NCBI RefSeq assembly: GCF_003314995.1
Contig: NZ_QNRH01000014.1
Location: 4,056-36,055 of the forward strand
Reading direction: 5' to 3'
DNA: 32,000 nucleotides
Source of the DNA: Pseudochrobactrum asaccharolyticum
GTDB lineage: Bacteria; Pseudomonadota; Alphaproteobacteria; Rhizobiales; Rhizobiaceae
Below are positions 25,795-32,000 of the stretch, one piece after another. The notes under the pieces were generated by a model that saw nothing but the letters and a program-made list of their open reading frames with translations, was not told the DNA's origin and did not search any database. Numbering within the stretch: the stretch's first letter is position 1; every line of letters starts with the position of its first letter. Both the position numbers and the translations under genes were made by a program.

Positions 25795-26928
25795 TCAGCT
25801 CCCTAGAGCCGTGGCCGGATCGACCTTCATTGCCGCCCGCACGCCAAGGCCTGAGGCGGCGATGCAGACGGCGAAGATGATCCCGGCCAGCACCATCACA
25901 TTGAACGGTTCCAGCACCACCCGGCGCGGGAAATAATCCTTTACTGTCAGGATCAGCAGTAGTCCGATCCCCCAGCCCGAAGCGCCGAGGATCAGCGCCT
26001 GCTGCACAATCAGCCCTATGATGGTGCGGTCGGGCGCGCCGATGAGCTTCAGCGTGGCAATCTGCTTCAGTTTCTCCATCGTCATCGTGTAGATGATCAG
26101 CGCGATCACTACCGCTGAAACGCTGAGCAGGATGCCAAGGAACAGGCCGATTTGTCGCCGCGCCAGATCGACCACCGATGAAACCAGAATGTCCTCCTGC
26201 TCGGCTTGCGTCAGCGCCGCCAGATGTTTCCACTGCCGCACGGTCGCGGTCAGCAATTCGACATCCGCGCCCGGCGCTACCCGTGCGATCACGGCCGCGA
26301 CCGAGGCGGACTTGACCGAAACGGTGCCCCGCGCCGCCTGAACGCGCTGCGCTGCCGGGTCAAGCTCTGTCTGTAGCGCCATCGCGTCCGCCAGCGTGAT
26401 ATAGACCGCCGGATCGCCGCCCGCGTTCATTGCCCCTTCGACCAGCCCGACCACGATGAAGCGGTTGCGCCCGAGACGGATCGTCTCGCCGGTCAGAAGA
26501 CCGGTCTTGCGATCTGCCACCAGTTCGAAGTGGCTTGTGCCGATGCCGCGTCCCTCGGCGATGCGCTGCGGGCCGCCGGGATGTCCCGGTTCATAGCCGA
26601 TGACGTAGAGCCGCAGCGACGCGCCGGCATGGGCAGCCTCGATGTTCTGGAAATTGATTGCGCCGGCTGCGGCCACGCCGGGCATCCGCGCCACGGCGTC
26701 GCGCGTTGTCAGCGGGATGTTCGAGGCTTCGGCGAACGGCCCCTTGGTGCCGCTCTCGACCACCCAGACGTCTGCTGCCGGCGCCTTCACGACCGCCAGC
26801 GCATCGGCGACAAGGCCGTTATAGATGCCGATCATCGACAGCACGACCGTCATCAAGAGCCCCAGCCCGAAACAGGTGAGGACGAAGCGGAACAGTCCGT
26901 GGCGTATATCTTTGAGAGCAAGGTTCAT
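25795..26928 (-). CDS. ABC exporter permease, FtsX/MacB-type (DevC-like, 377 aa)
   Basis: N-terminal TM segment, a large periplasmic domain, then a C-terminal FtsX-type 3-TM bundle (LKLIGAPDRTIIGLIVQQALILG). ATGA overlap with the adaptor gene. Confidence 0.88.
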   Translation of the reverse strand: MNLALKDIRHGLFRFVLTCFGLGLLMTVVLSMIGIYNGLVADALAVVKAPAADVWVVESGTKGPFAEASNIPLTTRDAVARMPGVAAAGAINFQNIEAAHAGASLRLYVIGYEPGHPGGPQRIAEGRGIGTSHFELVADRKTGLLTGETIRLGRNRFIVVGLVEGAMNAGGDPAVYITLADAMALQTELDPAAQRVQAARGTVSVKSASVAAVIARVAPGADVELLTATVRQWKHLAALTQAEQEDILVSSVVDLARRQIGLFLGILLSVSAVVIALIIYTMTMEKLKQIATLKLIGAPDRTIIGLIVQQALILGASGWGIGLLLILTVKDYFPRRVVLEPFNVMVLAGIIFAVCIAASGLGVRAAMKVDPATALGS

Positions 26929-28073
26929 GGCGTTGTCCTGGTCCGCGCCCGCCGCCCCTCGGTCGCGCCTTGCGGTATCCGGGCGACGATGGCGGCACCT
27001 TCCGGCAGGCTGCCCATGACCTCGACCCGGCCACGATCGTCGCGCGCGCCAAAAGTCAGTTCAGCCTGTTCCAGCCGTCCGTCCCGCACCAGCCAGACCC
27101 GGCCGCGATGCCCGTCGAAACCGGTGATCGCCACCTCCGGCACCATCAGAGCACTGTTGCGGTTGCCGGTGGTGATGCGCACTTCGGCCTGTTCGCCGAG
27201 ATACATCGGCTGGGGGCAGTCCGTGCAGGTCAGCCAGATCCGGCGTTCCTCATTCACCCGGTCGCTTTCAAGACCGATGCGGGCGATGATGCCTTGGAAC
27301 TCAGCCTGCGGCTGCGAGCGCAGCCGGATCGTGCCGGCCTGGCCAAGCGCAAGCTGGCCGGCGCGCTCCTCATCAACATAGGCCTGGATCCAGACCGTTT
27401 CGGGAGCAATCAGGGTGAAGATCGGATCGCCGGCCCGCACCACTGTTCCCGCTTCAGCATGGCGCGTAACGATCACCGCGTCATAGGGTGCGGTCAGAAG
27501 ATGACGGGCGAGAAGGACCTTCTCCTGTTGCAGGGCTGCCGCCGCGTCCGTGCCCTGAGCACGGATCACCGCCACATCCGCCTCGGCGACCGCCAGATCG
27601 GCATGGGCCACGTCCTCGTCACGCTGCGCTTCCTCGGCGCGCTGGATCGAGGTCACATCGCGCTGCGCCAATCCCTGCTGACGCTGATTTGCCGTCTGGC
27701 GCTGCGCCAGTACGCTGCGGGCACGCGCCACCGTGGCCTCGGCGCGGGCTAAGGCGGCGACATTGGCCGCGACAGCAGCGCGGGCACGGGCGGTACGCGC
27801 CTCCTGCTCGGCTGGATCGAGGGTCGCCAGTTCCTGCCCCCTGACTACTCGGTCGCCGACGTCGGCGGCCAGCCCGGTCAGGGCAGCCCCAACCTCAAAT
27901 CCAACCCGGCTGAGAATCCGTGCCTCGACCGAGCCGAGGCCGTAGATGCGCAGGGCTACATCCTGCTCTGGTTGCACCACGCTGACCGTGATCGGCCGCT
28001 CGGTGAGGAACAGCACACCCGCGCCCAACACCAGAACCGCCGCTACCGCACCGTAGATCCACCGACGTCCCAT
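26925..28073 (-). CDS. HlyD-family periplasmic adaptor (membrane fusion protein, 382 aa)
   Basis: N-terminal anchor, a long Ala/Arg/Gln-rich coiled-coil (AEQEARTARARAAVAANVAALARAEATVARA...), and beta-barrel-like C-terminal segments. Confidence 0.88.
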   Translation of the reverse strand: MGRRWIYGAVAAVLVLGAGVLFLTERPITVSVVQPEQDVALRIYGLGSVEARILSRVGFEVGAALTGLAADVGDRVVRGQELATLDPAEQEARTARARAAVAANVAALARAEATVARARSVLAQRQTANQRQQGLAQRDVTSIQRAEEAQRDEDVAHADLAVAEADVAVIRAQGTDAAAALQQEKVLLARHLLTAPYDAVIVTRHAEAGTVVRAGDPIFTLIAPETVWIQAYVDEERAGQLALGQAGTIRLRSQPQAEFQGIIARIGLESDRVNEERRIWLTCTDCPQPMYLGEQAEVRITTGNRNSALMVPEVAITGFDGHRGRVWLVRDGRLEQAELTFGARDDRGRVEVMGSLPEGAAIVARIPQGATEGRRARTRTTP

Positions 28074-28076
28074 GGC

Positions 28077-28528
28077 CTAATCCTCCTTCGCGGCCAGTAG
28101 CCGCAATTGCACGTCGAGGAGCCGCTTTCCTTCCCCGATCAGGGAGAAGTTGCGCGCCCCGAGCGACCAGCGGATCGCCATCCCCTGAACCAGCGACGTC
28201 AACAGAACGGCGGCATCCTCTGGGGCGACTTCGCGGCGCAAGAAGCCAGCGTCCTGACCGCGAGCCAGTTCGGCCACGATCAAACCCTGAAACTTCATCA
28301 GCAGGCCGCGAAAGGCCGCACGCAAATCCTCATTGCCGACATTCAGCTCGCGCGAGAACAGCAGCATCGGCAGCGCCGGTGTGGAAACAATCTGCCTCAG
28401 TTGCGCGGCCATCAGCGCCTTGACCCGGTCGATGGGGCCATCAGTCCCAGCCAGGGCCCGATCCGGTCCGCCAGGTCGAGGACGGCCGCGACGATTTCGG
28501 CCTTGCGCAATTCCGCGGATTTTCGCAT
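28077..28528 (-). pseudogene. TetR/AcrR-family regulator, apparently disrupted: two reading frames with the HTH segment missing
   Basis: ATG 28528 opens MRKSAELRKAEIVAAVLDLADRIGP, a typical TetR N-terminus, which then runs into a stop at 28412-28414. The TetR-C-like part (...IDRVKALMAAQLRQI...LVQGMAIRWSLGARNF...) is in another frame. The whole locus has room for only ~150 codons, and no frame encodes an HTH. Confidence 0.6.
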
Positions 28529-28537
28529 AAAGTACCT

Positions 28538-28559
28538 AGTAAGTGAGCAGTCACATACT
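28538..28559. promoter_or_regulatory. Candidate TetR operator palindrome in the tetR / lysR divergent spacer
   Basis: AGTAAGTGA-gcag-TCACATACT has 8 of 9 complementary positions per arm. It lies 10 nt upstream of the tetR start codon. Confidence 0.4.
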
Positions 28560-28679
28560 TAAGTGTAACAATGATCGTGGTCAAGCTTTTCTGACGGGGC
28601 AAAGCGAATGCGCGGTGTTGCCGGCAAGATGGCGACAAGCTGCCGGCAATGGGAGCAGGCTTGGAAGAGGTGATCCTTC

Positions 28680-29603
28680 ATGGATGCACAGAACCAGAAC
28701 TGGGACGATCTGCGCTTCTTTCTCGCTGTGGCCCGGGCGGGCACGCTGTCTGGCGCAGCACGCAGCCTTGGCGTAACGCACTCGACCGTGTTTCGCCGTC
28801 TCGGCGCCTTCGAGGAACGTCTGGGCGTCCGGCTCTTCGAGCGGCTGCCGGACGGCTATGCGCTGACGGGCGCCGGAGAGGCCATGCAGGAGACCGCCAT
28901 CCGGATCGACGAGGAAATTATCGCCCTGTCGCGTCAGGTGACCGGACAGGACCAGCGCCTGAGCGGGCTTATCCGCATCATAGCCATCGATATGCTGGCG
29001 ATCGGGTTATTGCCGCCGCATCTGGCAGCCTTCCATGCAGCGCAACCAGGGATCGAATTGGAAGTGATCGTTTCGGACACTCCCCTGGACCTGACCCGAC
29101 GCGAGGCCGATGTCGCACTGCGCATCTGCAACACGCCGCAGGAAATATTGGTCGGTCGGCGCGTCGGCCGGCTGGCCTTCGGAGCCTATGCCTCGGCAGA
29201 ACGCGCCGCTCAGGGGCTCGATGAGGATCTTGCCGGCAGCGACTGGATCGGCTTCGGCCGGTCACATGGGGCGATCGGCCATCAGTTGGCGGATTGGCTG
29301 CCGAAAATGCGGCCGATCTATCGCACCAATTCGATCTCGGCTGCGATTGCCGCAGCACGGGCCGGAATCGGCCTTGCGCCGCTGCCCTGCGCCGTGGCCG
29401 ACCGCACCCCCGACCTTGTCCGGATCGCCATGTTTCCGGAAGATTTCCAGCTCGATCTGTGGCTGCTGACCCATGAGGATCTGCGCAACACCGCCCGTAT
29501 TCGCGTCTTCATGGATTTCATGGCTGATGCGCTCGCCACCGACGCCGACCTTCTGGAAGGCCGTCGTCCGCAGGCTGGTCCTGCCCGGACAACCACGGCA
29601 TGA
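28680..29603 (+). CDS. LysR-family transcriptional regulator (307 aa)
   Basis: WDDLRFFLAVARAGTLSGAARSLGVTHSTVFRRLGAFEERLGVRLFER is a LysR HTH. AAGAGG lies upstream of the ATG. Confidence 0.92.
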   Translation: MDAQNQNWDDLRFFLAVARAGTLSGAARSLGVTHSTVFRRLGAFEERLGVRLFERLPDGYALTGAGEAMQETAIRIDEEIIALSRQVTGQDQRLSGLIRIIAIDMLAIGLLPPHLAAFHAAQPGIELEVIVSDTPLDLTRREADVALRICNTPQEILVGRRVGRLAFGAYASAERAAQGLDEDLAGSDWIGFGRSHGAIGHQLADWLPKMRPIYRTNSISAAIAAARAGIGLAPLPCAVADRTPDLVRIAMFPEDFQLDLWLLTHEDLRNTARIRVFMDFMADALATDADLLEGRRPQAGPARTTTA

Positions 29604-29789
29604 TTCATCCGTTATCTCTCTTGCGGTGTCCGGTCCTGTGGATACTATTTGCGATGCTGATGAAACGACAAGGTGCGCGCTTCGGCAGTCACCTGTTTGT
29701 TCCATTGCCCCATTACTGGGACAATGATCGCATGCGCCCTCTCAGGGCGTCTGGCGTGCCCCGGAAATCGCGAGCATCACGGAGAGATC

Positions 29790-31025
29790 ATGCCCGCCAA
29801 TGACACGCTGAATGCCGCGGCCCAAAGCCGACGACAAGGAACGCCCGGCGAGGTTCTGGCCGCCTTCCTGAAACTGGGCCTGACCTCCTTCGGGGGACCG
29901 ATCGCGCATCTGGGCTATTTCCGCGAGGAATTCGTTGCCCGGCGCGGCTGGATCGACGATCGTGGCTATGCCGATCTGGTCGCGCTGTGCCAGTTCCTTC
30001 CGGGGCCAGCATCCAGCCAGGTCGGCTTCGCATTGGGCTTGCAGCGTGCCGGACCGGCGGGTGCGCTGGCTGCCTGGCTCGGTTTTACCTTGCCTTCCGC
30101 CCTGCTACTGATGCTGTTTGCGCTCGGAGCTGGGGCGTTTTCAGGCCCGCTTGGCATCGGGGTGCTCCACGGGTTGAAACTGGTGGCGGTGGCCATCGTG
30201 GCGCAGGCGGTCTGGGGGATGGCGCGCACGCTCTGCCCCGACCGCTCACGCCAGACGATCGCGCTCGCCGCCGTCCTGATGGTGGTGCTGATCGGGGGCG
30301 CGACGGGCCAGGTGGGTGCAATTCTGCTCGGTGGACTTGCCGGGCTCTGGCTTTGCCGGGACACGGCGGGAGAGACGGGTGAAGCGCTGCCCTTCCCGGT
30401 CTCGCGACAGGCGGGGATAGTCGCGCTGGCCCTGTTCTTCATCCTGATCTTCGGCCTACCGCTGGCGGCGGCGCTGTTTCCCGCGCAGGGGTTGGCGGTG
30501 ATCGACGCGTTCTATCGCGCCGGTGCGCTGGTATTTGGCGGCGGCCATGTGGTCTTGCCTTTGCTGGAAGCCGAAGTGGTTCGCCCGGGCTGGGTCACGC
30601 CCGATGCGTTCCTGGCCGGCTATGGCGCGGCCCAGGCGGTGCCGGGGCCGCTCTTCACCTTCGCCGCCTATCTCGGCATGTTGCTCGAACCCGGCCCGAA
30701 CGGGATCGCCGGCGCGACGCTCGCCCTTCTTGCGATCTTCCTGCCGGGCTTCCTGCTGCTTGTCGGCGCGCTGCCGTTCTGGAACACGCTGCGCGCACGC
30801 TCCGGCGTGCGGGCGCCGATGGCAGGGGCCAATGCCGCGGTGGTCGGCATTCTGGGCGCTGCGCTCTACGATCCGCTCTGGACCAGCTCGGTCGGTTCGC
30901 CCCGTGACTTTGCGCTGGCGCTGACCTGCTTCGTGGCCCTGATGAGCTGGAAATTTCCGCCCTGGCTCGTGGTGCTGATCGCGGCTGCCGGCGGTGCGGT
31001 CCTGGAGGTAAGCTCGATGCTGTGA
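29790..31025 (+). CDS. chrA: Chromate ion transporter (CHR family, two-domain ChrA, 411 aa from ATG 29790)
   Basis: FLKLGLTSFGGPIAHLGYFREEFVARRGWI, with a repeated second-half motif (ALVFGGGHVVLPLL...GYGAAQAVPGPLFTFAAYLG), is the CHR signature. GGAGAG lies just upstream of ATG 29790. The 39 codons from 29673 look non-native. Confidence 0.88.
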   Translation: MPANDTLNAAAQSRRQGTPGEVLAAFLKLGLTSFGGPIAHLGYFREEFVARRGWIDDRGYADLVALCQFLPGPASSQVGFALGLQRAGPAGALAAWLGFTLPSALLLMLFALGAGAFSGPLGIGVLHGLKLVAVAIVAQAVWGMARTLCPDRSRQTIALAAVLMVVLIGGATGQVGAILLGGLAGLWLCRDTAGETGEALPFPVSRQAGIVALALFFILIFGLPLAAALFPAQGLAVIDAFYRAGALVFGGGHVVLPLLEAEVVRPGWVTPDAFLAGYGAAQAVPGPLFTFAAYLGMLLEPGPNGIAGATLALLAIFLPGFLLLVGALPFWNTLRARSGVRAPMAGANAAVVGILGAALYDPLWTSSVGSPRDFALALTCFVALMSWKFPPWLVVLIAAAGGAVLEVSSML

Positions 31026-31170
31026 TGGAAAAGGAATAACGGAACCTGATCGACCGGCAATGTAACGCCAGCCTGCATGGCGCACCGCTGCCCGGTTTCC
31101 CCAGCCACTGCCGCCGTCGCGGCACAGCCAGGAACACAAATTGCAAATCGACCTTTCTTCCGACCGCTTT

Positions 31171-32000
31171 ATGACAGCATTGACCGGCATCACACTTGCC
31201 GGGATGGCGCTTGCGACTGTCGATGCCTTTTTGATCCCCGGTCTTTGGGGACCGGTCGGTCTCGTGCTGGTCTATCTGGCCGGTGGTGTGCCGACCGGGG
31301 TCCGAGCCCTGACGTCGCTCTGGCACGAGCGGGTTCTCGACATCGATCTTCTGATGATCGTGGCAGCCCTTGCCGCCGCCGCGGTGGGTGCTGCGCTCGA
31401 AGGGGCGGTGCTGCTGACGCTGTTCAGCCTCTCGACCACGTTGGAGCAGCGGGCGATGGGCCGGGCGCGCCATGCCGTCGAGGCGCTGATGGCGCTGCGT
31501 CCCGACACCGCGCTCAGGCGCGCTCCTGACGGCACCGTCACGGAAGTTTCGGTGGGCGATCTCGTGGCCGGCGACCTGGTGGTGTTGCGCCCCGGTGCGC
31601 GTGTGCCGGCCGATGGCGAGGTGGCGGAAGGGGAAGGCTCGCTCGATGAGGCGACGATCACCGGCGAATCGATGCCGGTCGGCAAGGGCCCCGGCGCAAA
31701 GGTGTTCGAGGCCACGGTGAACCTCAACGCCGTGCTGCTCGTCCGCGTTACCCGTCCGGTCGCGGAAAGCACCGTGGCGCGGATGATCGAACTGGTGACC
31801 GAGGCTCAGGCCGCACGCGCTCCTTCCGAACGGTTCAGCGCCTGGTTCGGCCAGCGCTATACCATCGCGGTGCTGGCCGGCGCGGTGCTGGCACTCATTA
31901 TATTCCTCGCACTCGGCTGGACAATGCAGGATGCGCTTTATCGCGCCGCGACGCTGCTGGTCGCGGCCAGCCCCTGCGCGGTAGTGATATCGGTCCCGGC
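31171..32000 (+). CDS. Heavy-metal translocating P1B-type ATPase, 5' partial (runs off the window). SPC motif and no N-terminal metal-binding domain, so P1B-4-like (Co/Zn type).
   Basis: My own translation of this frame gives MTALTGITLAGMALATVDAFL...DIDLLMIVAALAAAAVG...GDLVVLRPGARVPADGEV...DEATITGESMPV...AQAARAPSERF...ATLLVAASPCAVVISVP. The actuator TGES motif and an SPC transmembrane motif (31969-31977) are present. The ORF is absent from the ORF track because it has no stop in the window. TTG 31141, preceded by AGGAA, is an alternative start. Confidence 0.85.
   Translation, partial: MTALTGITLAGMALATVDAFLIPGLWGPVGLVLVYLAGGVPTGVRALTSLWHERVLDIDLLMIVAALAAAAVGAALEGAVLLTLFSLSTTLEQRAMGRARHAVEALMALRPDTALRRAPDGTVTEVSVGDLVAGDLVVLRPGARVPADGEVAEGEGSLDEATITGESMPVGKGPGAKVFEATVNLNAVLLVRVTRPVAESTVARMIELVTEAQAARAPSERFSAWFGQRYTIAVLAGAVLALIIFLALGWTMQDALYRAATLLVAASPCAVVISVP

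Noticed and set aside
26530-27752. Long plus-strand ORFs (283 aa at 26530-27381, 260 aa at 26970-27752) opposite the permease and adaptor genes
   Set aside because: These are Arg/Pro/Ala-rich low-complexity translations, typical of antisense shadow ORFs in high-GC DNA. The minus-strand genes have clear family signatures and operon coupling.
29673-29789. N-terminal 39-codon extension of the chrA ORF
   Set aside because: The extension (MRASAVTCLFHCPITG...) is not CHR-like, and ATG 29790 has a GGAGAG ribosome-binding site. The internal start is preferred.
31077-31529. 150-aa plus-strand ORF listed in the track at the start of the ATPase region
   Set aside because: It is in the wrong frame. The frame starting at 31171 (or TTG 31141) gives canonical P-type ATPase sequence through to the window end, whereas this ORF gives Arg/Cys/Asp-rich nonsense.
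30456-31772. Minus-strand ORFs of 245, 272 and 166 aa overlapping chrA and the P-type ATPase
   Set aside because: The translations are Arg/Pro/Gly-rich with no recognisable motifs. They lie antisense to genes with strong signatures, so they are shadow ORFs.
1-32000. Search by eye for CRISPR arrays, rRNA or tRNA genes, transposases, integrases and long direct repeats
   Set aside because: I recognised none. This is a manual reading, so short or degenerate elements could have been missed. A dot-plot or a tRNAscan/Infernal run would settle it.

Overview
The window has two compositionally different parts. I judged GC by eye on sampled lines and did not compute it.

Part A (1 to ~22.85 kb, roughly high-40s %GC) is a densely packed, mostly translationally coupled catabolic island.
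- An AraC regulator is followed by five genes in the order of the hmfABCDE furoyl-CoA pathway: Mo-hydroxylase large subunit, FAD subunit, 2Fe-2S subunit, CoA ligase, and a crotonase-family hydrolase.
- Next come a BenE-type carboxylate transporter and a UbiD/UbiX decarboxylase pair (as in HmfF/HmfG) flanking a LysR regulator.
- A three-gene NitT/TauT-type ABC importer follows.
- The island ends with a seven-gene operon: crotonase, a thiolase-like protein with a broken GHP motif, a DUF35 protein with a degenerate Zn ribbon, a CoA ligase, an alpha/beta acyl-CoA dehydrogenase pair, and an aldehyde dehydrogenase.

This seven-gene set mirrors the aldolytic acyl side-chain cleavage logic known from bile-acid and steroid degraders. 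Here it is wired to a heteroaromatic-acid pathway, and I rate it the most interesting candidate for an undescribed pathway.

Part B (~23.2 to 32 kb, roughly mid-60s %GC) starts abruptly inside a 3'-truncated TehA/TDT-family transporter gene. It then carries:
- an FNR-type regulator;
- a HlyD / FtsX-permease / ABC-ATPase exporter operon with an extra small membrane protein;
- a TetR gene that appears to have lost its HTH through an out-of-frame internal deletion, while its putative operator survives;
- a LysR-ChrA pair;
- the 5' part of an SPC-motif (P1B-4-like) heavy-metal ATPase, which is missing from the ORF track because it runs off the window.

I recognised no rRNA, tRNA, CRISPR array, transposase or integrase. 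All functional calls rest on motif and family recognition and on gene order, not on database searches.
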